Shown here piece after piece: positions 36,865 to 45,756 of a DNA stretch of 52,146 nt. The stretch is taken from NCBI GenBank assembly GCA_016180285.1, contig JACPBO010000009.1:1-52146 (forward strand). The letters run 5' to 3'. The translations under genes and the position numbers were made by a program. Each line of letters begins with the position of its first letter. Position 1 is the first letter of the stretch. This DNA comes from Candidatus Woesearchaeota archaeon (GTDB lineage Archaea; Nanobdellota; Nanobdellia; Woesearchaeales; JACPBO01). The notes under the pieces are model-generated. The model searched no databases. It saw nothing but the letters and a program-made list of their open reading frames with translations, and was not told where the DNA came from.

Positions 36865-37403
36865 TTTAACCAGTCCTTCCTGAGTATGCTGTGGATATAA
36901 TAATCATGGTACTTTCCTCCTACAAAAATATCTTCCTTTAATAAAGCTTCCTCTTTGCAGCCAACTTTTTCAATAACTTTTTTTGATGCCTTGTTTTCTT
37001 TTGCGCAATTTATGCAGATTTTGTGGAATTTTATCTTTCTGAAACCAAGATCCAGCAACAGCTTTACCGCTTCTGTTGTGTAACCCTTATTTCTAAAATG
37101 TTTTCCAATAACATAGCCTATTTCCGTATTATTATTTATCTTATTTATTCTAACAAAAGAAACAGTGCCCATTAATTCTTTTGTTTCCTTGCTGATTATT
37201 CCAAAAACAATTTCACTTCTATTTTTTCTTCTTGCGCTCGTTCTTTTCATGAATGCCAGAGCATCTTTTAACCTGTAAGGATAGGGTACACGGGTAAATC
37301 TGTGGATTGATCTGTCATGGCACAGCTTAACCAGCTGTTTTGCATCTGATTTTTTTAATGGCCTTAAATAAATCCTCTTCCCCATCATTTTTTTAGGCAG
37401 CAT
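36855..37403 (-). CDS. RimJ/RimL-type GNAT acetyltransferase
   Basis: RIYLRPL, PYPY, EIGY, RNKGYTTEA, NKASKKVIEKVG. Start at 37403 or 37388. Confidence 0.88.
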   Translation of the reverse strand: MLPKKMMGKRIYLRPLKKSDAKQLVKLCHDRSIHRFTRVPYPYRLKDALAFMKRTSARRKNRSEIVFGIISKETKELMGTVSFVRINKINNNTEIGYVIGKHFRNKGYTTEAVKLLLDLGFRKIKFHKICINCAKENKASKKVIEKVGCKEEALLKEDIFVGGKYHDYYIHSILRKDWLKCH

Positions 37404-38070
37404 TTTTCTTCTTGCAGACAAACATACAATGATCTCTCTCAAACGGATCTAGAACCCGGTAATCAACAACAATTAGGCTGTTTTCAAGCTCCCTTCTGAC
37501 AGCAGAGAATATTTCTTTCGGGCTTCTTGTCACGTCAATTGACCTGGATTTCACAGCTATTATAGCATATCCCGTGCTTTTCAGAAACAGATTAATGTTT
37601 TTCAGGAATATCTCTACCTGGTTTTTCTGGGCAACATCCTGGTAGATGATGTCCGCTGACGGAATAAAAGAATAATATTCTTCCGGCTTGTTTGCATCTG
37701 CCAATAACGGAATTATGTTTTTTCTCTGCTCCACCAAAAACATCAGGTCCCGCATTACCCTTGGAGCAAAGTCTATTGCAAAAATCATTCCTTTGCTGCA
37801 GATATCAGAAACATGCGAAACAGTTGTTCCGGTTGCGCTGCCAAGGTAGAGGACTTTTGAATCTTCCTTGAAGCCGAGCTGGTCAATGCCCTTGACCAAT
37901 GCAGCAGCCAGCTTGCTCCTTCTTATATCCCATTCCCTGTATTCAATATCGTTTTCTGCAACAAGCCTTTCGCCATAAACCTGCTTTCCCGGGGTGAGAT
38001 TTTTAGTGTAGAATGTTTTTCTGTTATCTGTTTCTTCAAAAAATATTCCCGGGAATTTTGTTGGTTTCAT
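37393..38070 (-). CDS. flpA: Fibrillarin-like rRNA/tRNA 2'-O-methyltransferase
   Basis: VYGE, EYREW, RSKLAA, VLYLGSATGTTVSHVSD, QDVAQ. Confidence 0.96.
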   Translation of the reverse strand: MKPTKFPGIFFEETDNRKTFYTKNLTPGKQVYGERLVAENDIEYREWDIRRSKLAAALVKGIDQLGFKEDSKVLYLGSATGTTVSHVSDICSKGMIFAIDFAPRVMRDLMFLVEQRKNIIPLLADANKPEEYYSFIPSADIIYQDVAQKNQVEIFLKNINLFLKSTGYAIIAVKSRSIDVTRSPKEIFSAVRRELENSLIVVDYRVLDPFERDHCMFVCKKKNAA

Positions 38071-39059
38071 TTAAACTTCTCCTCCAACTCTTTCCTTAAT
38101 TTGTCTCCCATAAACTTCCCTTTGAAGTAATCAAGCTTTGCTGCCAATGAGATCTTGTCAGCCAATGCCCTTGCTATTTTGCCGTGCATTGATCTCCTGC
38201 CTTTTGCAATCAAAGGATGCTCGTGCAATACCCCATATTTCGGAGGCAGCGCTTTCTTGTTTCTCAAATGCCTGAACAATGCCTTTTCAGCCCCCAATAA
38301 CTGCAATGTGGAAGAAGGCATTTCAGCAAGCCTCTGCAGAGAGCCTGCATGCCCGACTAACTGCGCTCCGATAAATGAGCCAGCTATTTCTGTGACATTA
38401 GGCATTGCCTTTTTCATTATCTTTTCAAGGTATTCTTCTTGCTTGTTTTTCAAGTCATAAATATTTTCAAGCTCTTTTGCCAGATTAAACATGGCATCCA
38501 GATCCTCTTTCTCAAAATCAGCCCCCATTGTTATTTTGACTTTTATTTCGCCCAGCAGCTCTTTTTTATTTTTCTTTAAGATAGCTTCAATGAATTTCTG
38601 GTGGTCCTCAACTGAGCGCGAGAATTCAGGAGCATGCAGCTCATACCATTCCCTTAACCTTTTCACCAAAGTGCTTATTGCCTTTTCAATCTCTGAAATG
38701 CTGCTTACTGCCTGGATTATGAGGAGATCGCTTGTCACAGAATCTTTTATTTTTTCTTTCGTTTTATTGATGCAGGTCTCCCTTATCTTCTCAAAATAAT
38801 TGTTTTTCATTAAAAATTCCGATACTGCCTCTAATTTTCTGATGTCCTGCGTCAGAATAACGTTGGGCATCTTTTCTTTTTTTAATCCAAGAAAGAATAT
38901 CTTGTTTTTAGAATATTTTTTAATTAAGCTTTTTTCTTCATCCCGCCATTCATTAAAGTCGATATTTTTAATGTCATTGAACTCCAGCTTATCAATTAGC
39001 CTGAAGCTCTGGTCAAATGCAAATGTTCCGATGCAGCTTGTGTAAATGATGGTTTCCAT
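38067..39059 (-). CDS. nop5: C/D box sRNP protein Nop5 (Nop56/58)
   Basis: RLREWY, PSSTLQLLGAEKALFRH, PKYGVL, GKIARALA. Start adjusted to the ATG at 39059. Confidence 0.94.
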   Translation of the reverse strand: METIIYTSCIGTFAFDQSFRLIDKLEFNDIKNIDFNEWRDEEKSLIKKYSKNKIFFLGLKKEKMPNVILTQDIRKLEAVSEFLMKNNYFEKIRETCINKTKEKIKDSVTSDLLIIQAVSSISEIEKAISTLVKRLREWYELHAPEFSRSVEDHQKFIEAILKKNKKELLGEIKVKITMGADFEKEDLDAMFNLAKELENIYDLKNKQEEYLEKIMKKAMPNVTEIAGSFIGAQLVGHAGSLQRLAEMPSSTLQLLGAEKALFRHLRNKKALPPKYGVLHEHPLIAKGRRSMHGKIARALADKISLAAKLDYFKGKFMGDKLRKELEEKFK

Positions 39060-39182
39060 ATTGCTCTGGAATAGAGGCTTGTTTTTAAATATTGTCATTA
39101 AAATTTGGAAAAAGCTTATACGGAACATAAAAGCCCTAGCCACCCGAAAATTTTATAAATGCCCGCTGTACTTTATCATAAA

Positions 39183-40541
39183 ATGTCTTTTCCTATAACA
39201 GAAGGGCTTACAGAAGGTATAGAACCCGCGCTAGGACAACTTGCACGCCCTTGCACTATTGATAGAATTCTAGCAACGCCGCCATTAAAGGATAGAATGT
39301 GGAAGAGAAGCCTAAACCAAAAATTTGATTTGAATGAAGAAAAACAAAAAGATGAAGAAAAAGTTATAGAAGAAAAAAGAATGGAGTACGCTAGACTTTC
39401 TCTGCCAGGAATTGTTAAAAGAGTTGTAGAATTTGACCCAACTTCTTCTGAGAGCATTAAACACATTTGCGGTAATGATTATTCTAACTTTGTAGTGGCC
39501 CAATTTAAGTTTAAATATTTAGTTTCTGTTTTAGAAGGGCTAAGAGAATTAGGTTCTAGCGCGCCTAACTCGGCAAGAAGAGGTCTTTTCAGCAGAGAAA
39601 GAAGAAATACATTCTTAGAAGGCTTTAAATCTAATTTTGATTTCAAACAAGTAGCTTATGACGCAGTTTTTAGCCGGTTATCTGCAAGAAAATTTGCAAA
39701 AGATTACGCTAGTGAATCTGCAAGAGGAATAGAAGAAAGAGCTATGGAGATGAGCCCAGAATTTATAAAAAGAGTTTTATCTATGAAGGATACCACATTA
39801 GAAAAAGTAGTGAGAAGTGAATTAAAAAGAAAAAAGTATGCTCATAAAGGAGAAGAATTTTATCAATACTTTCAAAAATTCCCTGATTCTTACATTATCC
39901 CTTCTTTTGGGTTTTTTGAGAGTATAAGAGACATACTGACACAACTTGATGGAGTCTATCTTGTTCACAAATTCTTGTCAAGTGGATTAGGAGCAGAAAG
40001 AGAAAGATTAAATGAAAAAGCTAATCCTTATGTAATACTTATAGAAATTTCTACTCCAGCAGCAAAGTACAAATTAGTTAAGAAATTTAATTTTTTTGAT
40101 GAGGAAACAATTATTGAGGCGGATGTAGATAGTTTGCCTTATGAACAATTTTGCACGAAAATGTCAAAGCAAGGAAAGCATGTTAATCATTATAATATCC
40201 ATTATGATAAAAACGGTAAAAAGATATCACCTAATGCTGTGGTTACAGAGTATGTTTATGAAAGATTAAAAAAAGCAGGTTTAAGGATAGATCATCCTAA
40301 CACGGAGGGTAGTGTCCTTAGTATGCACATAAAGGGAAGGGTACCTAGCTATTTATATTATAGTTCTGGAAGTGATAATGCAGGTTTTTTCTATGCAACA
40401 TATGGAAATAGGCTTAGCAGAAAAAATTTAGCATATGCTTTACATCAATTTGCAATTGTAATGCCTGTGCTTGGAGAAGCGTTAGACAAACATAAAAGCC
40501 TGCTGAAGAGAGCAGCAGTAAAACAGATGGAAGCTAAGTAA
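39183..40541 (+). CDS. Hypothetical protein
   Basis: ORF of about 452 aa. TTTATAAA about 24 bp before the ATG at 39183. No recognised motif. Confidence 0.75.
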   Translation: MSFPITEGLTEGIEPALGQLARPCTIDRILATPPLKDRMWKRSLNQKFDLNEEKQKDEEKVIEEKRMEYARLSLPGIVKRVVEFDPTSSESIKHICGNDYSNFVVAQFKFKYLVSVLEGLRELGSSAPNSARRGLFSRERRNTFLEGFKSNFDFKQVAYDAVFSRLSARKFAKDYASESARGIEERAMEMSPEFIKRVLSMKDTTLEKVVRSELKRKKYAHKGEEFYQYFQKFPDSYIIPSFGFFESIRDILTQLDGVYLVHKFLSSGLGAERERLNEKANPYVILIEISTPAAKYKLVKKFNFFDEETIIEADVDSLPYEQFCTKMSKQGKHVNHYNIHYDKNGKKISPNAVVTEYVYERLKKAGLRIDHPNTEGSVLSMHIKGRVPSYLYYSSGSDNAGFFYATYGNRLSRKNLAYALHQFAIVMPVLGEALDKHKSLLKRAAVKQMEAK

Positions 40542-40670
40542 GGATATTAAATTTTAGCCATCAGAACGGATTCTTAAATTGAGGATGTTAAAAAATAAAT
40601 CTTACAAAAGAGCAGATAAATGCTGGTCAAAATCAAAAACTATAAAAACAACATAAAATAAATAATTGCC

Positions 40671-40976
40671 ATGATATTAATCTATATGACCTGCAGGGAT
40701 GAAGAAGAAGCAAGAAAGATCTCCATGCACCTGGTCAAGAACAGGCTTGCAGCATGCACGAATATGTTTCCGATCAGAAGCATGTACTGGTGGAAAGATA
40801 AGATAGAAGAAACAGAAGAATATGCTGTAATAGCAAAAACAATAGATGAAAATTATGAGAAAATAAAGAAAGAGATCAAAAAGATCCATTCCTATGAAGT
40901 GCCGTGCATTATGAAGATTAATGCAGACGTCAATGAGGAGTACGGAAATTGGATCAAAAAAGAGACGAAAGTATAA
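40671..40976 (+). CDS. cutA: CutA divalent cation tolerance protein
   Basis: RLAACTN, SMYWW, HSYEVPCI. Confidence 0.94.
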   Translation: MILIYMTCRDEEEARKISMHLVKNRLAACTNMFPIRSMYWWKDKIEETEEYAVIAKTIDENYEKIKKEIKKIHSYEVPCIMKINADVNEEYGNWIKKETKV

Positions 40977-41027
40977 ACTTCTTACCGGCGAAGTTCATAT
41001 TTCGCTGAATCCAGAAAAGCAACAAGA

Positions 41028-41050
41028 GATTTTACGATTTTACGATTTTA
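41028..41050. repeat. Tandem 8-bp repeat (GATTTTAC) x about 3 just upstream of the promoter
   Basis: GATTTTAC-GATTTTAC-GATTTTA. Confidence 0.8.
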
Positions 41051-41055
41051 TAATA

Positions 41056-41069
41056 GAAATATTTAAATA
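41056..41069 (+). promoter_or_regulatory. BRE/TATA promoter of the uORF-cysteine synthase transcript
   Basis: GAAATATTTAAATA ends 23 bp before the ATG at 41093, the leaderless spacing seen elsewhere in the window. Confidence 0.7.
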
Positions 41070-41092
41070 TTAGTAATAAATTACTCCCAAGT

Positions 41093-41146
41093 ATGGCGAC
41101 TAAAGTAATGAAGAAAAATAAAAAGTCTGATAGCTGTTGCTGTTAG
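41093..41146 (+). CDS. 17-aa polycysteine leader peptide MATKVMKKNKKSDSCCC (putative attenuator uORF)
   Basis: ATG at a leaderless position, ends TGT TGC TGT TAG, 161 bp upstream of cysteine synthase. Confidence 0.65.
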   Translation: MATKVMKKNKKSDSCCC

Positions 41147-41307
41147 TTCTCGCATCGTCTGTTACTCTTGCGTTTTTATGTTCTATTGTTTTAAATCTTT
41201 AATGAAATTTTAATTATGGCTGCTAAACTACCCTTTGATCAAGAAAAAAAAGATCAATAATATTGAGGACTTGGTATTGAGAGATATTGTAGACGTAGAA
41301 TTTAAAA

Positions 41308-42234
41308 ATGACATCCAGAACTATTCTATCTGAGATTGGGAACACTCCGTTGGTGGAGATTAAGCATTTAAATCCCTATCGAAATAAGGGAATCTCCATT
41401 TATGCCAAATTAGAATACTGTAATCCTGGCGGGTCAGTGAAGGACCGAGCTGTTAAGTACATGGTTTTAGATGCGTTAGAAAAAGGGCAGTTGAGGAACA
41501 GGGTTTTGCTAGATGCGACGTCTGGCAACACAGGCATTGCGGAAGCCATGTTAGCGCACCATTTTGGGCTAGAGGCTCTAATCGTAATGCCTGAAAATGC
41601 AACTAAAGAACGGCGAGATGTTATTCAAAAGTATGGCGCGCTGGTTGAGTTAACTCCTGCTGCAAAAGGCTCGAATGGCGCTATAGAACGAGCGCAGGAA
41701 ATTTACCGGCAAAATCCTCAGAAGTACTTTTATGCGGACCAATACAATAATCCTAATAATATTCGAGCGCATCAAGAGACCACGGGACCCGAAATCTGGC
41801 AACAAACTGCAGGAAAAGTAACGCATTTTGTCGCTTGTGTGGGAACATCTGGAACCGCTACTGGAACCGGATACGCGTTGAAAGAGTTTAATCACCGAAC
41901 TAAGGTTTATGAAGTTCAGCCTAATGATGAGCTACATGGCATTGATGGCTTAAAGTACATGGGCGGCAATACGATTATTCCGAGCTTGTATGATGAGTGC
42001 TTTTTTGATGGATTTTTTGGGGTTAGAACCGAGGATGCGCTGGATTTGGCTAATCTAATTCATTCTGAGGAGGGATATTTTGTGGGGCCTTCTTCGGGAG
42101 CTGCGCTGAAGGGAGCCCTGCATTTAGCAAAACAATTAAATGATATAAAATGTTCTGACGCTGCGATTGTCACTATTTTTCCTGATGGAGGGGAGCGGTA
42201 TTTAAGTACGCACTTTCTAAATCAAAAATCATAA
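41308..42234 (+). CDS. cysM: PLP-dependent cysteine synthase (CysK/CysM family)
   Basis: IGNTPLV, KLEYCNPGGSVKDR, DATSGNTG, GTSGT, VGPSSGA, FPDGGERYLST. CysK versus CysM subfamily is uncertain. Confidence 0.9.
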   Translation: MTSRTILSEIGNTPLVEIKHLNPYRNKGISIYAKLEYCNPGGSVKDRAVKYMVLDALEKGQLRNRVLLDATSGNTGIAEAMLAHHFGLEALIVMPENATKERRDVIQKYGALVELTPAAKGSNGAIERAQEIYRQNPQKYFYADQYNNPNNIRAHQETTGPEIWQQTAGKVTHFVACVGTSGTATGTGYALKEFNHRTKVYEVQPNDELHGIDGLKYMGGNTIIPSLYDECFFDGFFGVRTEDALDLANLIHSEEGYFVGPSSGAALKGALHLAKQLNDIKCSDAAIVTIFPDGGERYLSTHFLNQKS

Positions 42235-42334
42235 ATCTCTTGCGCGCTTTATCACATTCGATTTTATAAAAAAGTAAAAAAATTAGCAATTTCAATTTCA
42301 CAAACTTTATAAAAGAGTGCTTTATCCGAAAGCC

Positions 42335-42601
42335 ATGCCGCATCATATCGCAAGATCAGAAGCTCAGCAGGATACCTGCCTTTACTGCGGCTCTAGCTTA
42401 AAAGATAAAATCTGGGATTCTGAATTCAAAGGCCATCTGCATTACAAAACCCTGATCTGCAGCTGCGGAAGAAAAGCGCATATCAGGATGAATTTCAAGG
42501 GATCAGGTCATGATTCGTGGAACAACGGCAAAGTGGGCGGGGTAATAAGCGGAAACGGAAATAAAGTGAACAAGACAATAGAGCATAGGATGATGGCTTA
42601 A
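42335..42601 (+). CDS. Small Zn-ribbon-like protein
   Basis: CLYCG...CSCG. ATG at 42335 lies downstream of TTTATAAA. Confidence 0.7.
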   Translation: MPHHIARSEAQQDTCLYCGSSLKDKIWDSEFKGHLHYKTLICSCGRKAHIRMNFKGSGHDSWNNGKVGGVISGNGNKVNKTIEHRMMA

Positions 42602-43275
42602 TAGATTGTTGTTCCAATGAATTCTTTTTCATTCAATATTTTTTTCAAATTATCAAGATCTTTTCCATTGGCGATCATAACCTTTATCTTCAGTTTTTCA
42701 GCTTCTTTTGAAGCAATAGGATCAAACGGGGCATTCAACCTGGGAGTCCATTTATCGCCGACAATCTTTCTATAAGCCTTCCATTTGATCTCTTTTATCG
42801 GCTTTGCATCCTGGAATTTGCTTGGATCCTTGTCATAAACATAGTCTATATTTGTCAGATTAATTACTGTTTTTGACCCAAAATTTTTTGCAAGCAACAC
42901 GCTGTCATAATCAGAGCTCCAGCCTGGCTTCCAGCCCGATGCAACAATTATTTTCTTGCCTGTTTTTATTTTTTCAGTCGGATTGTTGACAACTTTTTCA
43001 TAAGCATGATTGGAGAAGATGCACCTTACAAGCTCTGCATTTAATTTTGTGCAGGCTATGCCGAGCCAGTCGAGATCATCATCTTTTATGCTGCCTATTT
43101 CTCTTGCTGCAGCATTGTAGTTCTTATTGATGCCTCCGCCGCCGCATACAATTATTAATTTATTATTTTTTTTGATAAAATCAAGAACAATAGCTTTAAA
43201 ATTTTTTAAAAAATTAACATCTATGCTGTCCGGAATTATCAACGATCCGCCCAATGAGATAATTGTTGTTTTCAT
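42598..43275 (-). CDS. pyrH: Uridylate kinase, archaeal type
   Basis: ISLGGS, VCGGG, PGWSSD, TNIDYVYDKDP, PFDPIA. Confidence 0.95.
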   Translation of the reverse strand: MKTTIISLGGSLIIPDSIDVNFLKNFKAIVLDFIKKNNKLIIVCGGGGINKNYNAAAREIGSIKDDDLDWLGIACTKLNAELVRCIFSNHAYEKVVNNPTEKIKTGKKIIVASGWKPGWSSDYDSVLLAKNFGSKTVINLTNIDYVYDKDPSKFQDAKPIKEIKWKAYRKIVGDKWTPRLNAPFDPIASKEAEKLKIKVMIANGKDLDNLKKILNEKEFIGTTIY

Positions 43276-43276
43276 T

Positions 43277-43618
43277 TCAACTCCCAATTCCGATAAAGCT
43301 TACGCCTAATATGATCAGGCCAATGCCGATCCACCTGAGCAAGGTCATTTTTTCCTTTAAAAATTTTATTGACAGCAAGCTGACCCAAACATAGCTGAGC
43401 GATACAAAAGGATAGAGCACAGACAGTTCGCCGCCTTTTAATGCAGGAATAAATGCAACTGTTCCAAGGCCATACAGCATAACTCCTGCGATGAATTTCC
43501 AATTCAGGAATGATCTTATGCCAGAGACTTTTGAAGCCTTTTTCCAGAGTATTGGGGCGAATGCTGCAATAACTGTGCCCAATACTACCAGCCCAATTGC
43601 CCATAACTGCGTGGTCAT
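43277..43618 (-). CDS. 4-TM DMT/SMR-like transporter subunit
   Basis: GELSVLYPFVSLSYVWV, KEKMTLLRWIGIGLIILGV. Confidence 0.85.
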   Translation of the reverse strand: MTTQLWAIGLVVLGTVIAAFAPILWKKASKVSGIRSFLNWKFIAGVMLYGLGTVAFIPALKGGELSVLYPFVSLSYVWVSLLSIKFLKEKMTLLRWIGIGLIILGVSFIGIGS

Positions 43619-43986
43619 TTTACATTTCCTCCCGATTTAAAATTAATGAAGCAAATTCCAGACAATATTGATAAAACGCCGAGCCATCTGAATAAATTCA
43701 TGGCCTCATTAAAAAAATAGGCGGATAATAAGCTGACGAAAACATAGCTGGTTGCGATTATTGGATAAAGAACAGAAACGTCTCCCCCTTTAAAGGCAAT
43801 GATCATCAGAATAGCTGCAATGCCGTATACCAGCAGGCCGCCCACCAATATATAGTTGGTTATTACCGAATAAAAACTGAATGAATCTATTTTATCAACG
43901 CCCAATTTATAGAGTATCTGGGCAACTGATGTAAGAATTGTAACGATGAACATTAAGATGATCGCCCATGCTTTTGTTGCCATCAA
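43615..43986 (-). CDS. 4-TM DMT/SMR-like transporter subunit
   Basis: AQILYKLG, GDVSVLYPIIATSYV, FNEAMNLFRWLG. Confidence 0.85.
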   Translation of the reverse strand: MMATKAWAIILMFIVTILTSVAQILYKLGVDKIDSFSFYSVITNYILVGGLLVYGIAAILMIIAFKGGDVSVLYPIIATSYVFVSLLSAYFFNEAMNLFRWLGVLSILSGICFINFKSGGNVK

Positions 43987-44025
43987 GCACCTTTAAGAGT
44001 TTTAATTTATTGGATGAATATTCAT

Positions 44026-45756
44026 TTAGTCCTTCAGCAATGTTTCAACTATTACAGCATATGCAGGCCTTGTTATAAAGACGCCGATTGAAACTGCAAG
44101 TATTGTTGTTAATGCAAAGCCCCTCAACAATCCAGCTCCTGCAAAATACAAAGGAGCCATCGCAGCGATCAATGTCAGATAAGACCCAATTATTATGAAA
44201 AATGCATTTTTTATTCTTTTCTTCCAGTCATAAGCAGCCTCTGCCTTTTCTCCTTTAAGTATCTCATCTGTTATGACAATCTGGTCATCAACACCAGTTC
44301 CAACAGAGACAATTATGGCAGCAATAGCGGCAAGGTCAATATTCCACCCAATCACTGCTGCAAGGCCAAGCACAAGTAAAATTTCAACAAGGCAGGTAAA
44401 CATTATTGGCAATGCAATGAACAGTTTTCTGTAAGCAATGACGAGTACAACAACAACAGCCAAGACAGCAATTAAGCCCATGAAAAGCGCATTTTTCAGG
44501 AATTCTTCCCCTAAAATCGGAGAGATATTGTCAGTTTTTACAATTTCAAGCTTTGCAGGCAGGCTTCCTGTTACGAGTATTGTCTGCAGCCTTTTCATGT
44601 TCTGCAGCGCGCTGTTAATCGCTTCCTGCTGCGTTGCGCCAACTCCTGAGCCAGATATTGCAATATCTGTTTCTGCTTTGCCTTTCAGGCCAAGCGCTAT
44701 ATTCAGGCTGTCAACAAGCTTCCCGTCAAGAAATAAATCCAAGGGCTTATCGAGATATTGCTCTCTGGATGACAAGCCGGCATCTGCAACTTTGACTGTA
44801 AGATTTCTTGTAAGGTCAGCCTGCCTTTGAGATGCATCCGGGCTTAATGAAATCCTGAACCAAAATCTGCATGCCCATCCTCCTGAAACTTGGCTGCAGC
44901 CGGCATTAGGGTCAATGCCTGCGCAATCTGCGCTTCTGCATACGTATGTGATGTCTTTTTTCTCTCCCTTGAAAACAGTGTCATTGCCTATCCTTGCCTC
45001 GAACTTTCCCTGCTGCGCTATAAGATTTTTTGCTTCCTCTTCATTTGCCCCTGCAATCTCAACCAGGATGAACTGGCTGCCTGACAAATCTCCAGCTTCC
45101 CTCACAACTATGTCGCTCAATCCATAAACATTGAGCCTTTCTTTCATGTTGTCCAGCAATATAGCCATATTATCTGCAGAAAGCTTTTCCTCCGGCTTCA
45201 GCAAAACCCTGACACCGCCCTGCAAATCAAGCCCTTTTCTGATATTTGTTGTCGGAGCAGGGTAAACTCTCAATCCGATGCCTTCTACACCGATAATTTT
45301 TGTAATTGTTTTTGGAGCTTCAACTATGTAAGTCCTGTTTACTGTTTTGTTTAATGTTGCATTAAAATATTCCTCTGTTACTGTTTTTATCTCAGTCTCA
45401 TTAAGAATTGTTATACTTAATTTTGGCTTTGTGGTTAATGTGTAAAAATCTTTGTTGGTCCTTAATGCAAATGTTATGTTGTAGCTGAATGCATCAGTTA
45501 TGCTATAATAATCATCAATAGTTTTTACGGGCACATTGTTTATTGCAAGCACCCTCTCCCTTGTCATCGGGGCAATATTTGGAGATGGGCTTTTTATTCC
45601 GGCCATGCTTGCAGAACTGTTCGGAATGACGTTTCTTATTGCAGCACCTTCATTCCACGGGCTGAATCCGATGGCGAATACAGCGGAGATTATAGCGATC
45701 AGTAATATTATTACCCTGATGTTCTTTATTAACTTCTTAGGCTTGCCGAGATTCAT
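44026..45756 (-). CDS. secD: Protein translocase subunit SecD
   Basis: GLDLQGG, RLNVYGL, GSLP, GTGVDDQIVITDE, RGFALTT, ITRPAY. Confidence 0.93.
   Translation of the reverse strand: MNLGKPKKLIKNIRVIILLIAIISAVFAIGFSPWNEGAAIRNVIPNSSASMAGIKSPSPNIAPMTRERVLAINNVPVKTIDDYYSITDAFSYNITFALRTNKDFYTLTTKPKLSITILNETEIKTVTEEYFNATLNKTVNRTYIVEAPKTITKIIGVEGIGLRVYPAPTTNIRKGLDLQGGVRVLLKPEEKLSADNMAILLDNMKERLNVYGLSDIVVREAGDLSGSQFILVEIAGANEEEAKNLIAQQGKFEARIGNDTVFKGEKKDITYVCRSADCAGIDPNAGCSQVSGGWACRFWFRISLSPDASQRQADLTRNLTVKVADAGLSSREQYLDKPLDLFLDGKLVDSLNIALGLKGKAETDIAISGSGVGATQQEAINSALQNMKRLQTILVTGSLPAKLEIVKTDNISPILGEEFLKNALFMGLIAVLAVVVVLVIAYRKLFIALPIMFTCLVEILLVLGLAAVIGWNIDLAAIAAIIVSVGTGVDDQIVITDEILKGEKAEAAYDWKKRIKNAFFIIIGSYLTLIAAMAPLYFAGAGLLRGFALTTILAVSIGVFITRPAYAVIVETLLKD

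Larger units (their letters stand above)
41023..42242. mobile_element. Putative cassette bounded by 10-bp inverted repeats (CAAGAGATTT / AAATCTCTTG) carrying promoter, uORF and cysteine synthase
   Basis: Repeats at 41023-41032 and 42233-42242. The right copy overlaps the cysteine synthase stop codon. Confidence 0.4.

Noticed and set aside
41216..41260. Second small ORF MAAKLPFDQEKKDQ in the cysteine synthase leader
   Set aside because: No Shine-Dalgarno or convincing promoter and no informative codons. Removing one A from the A8 run does not fuse it to the synthase frame.
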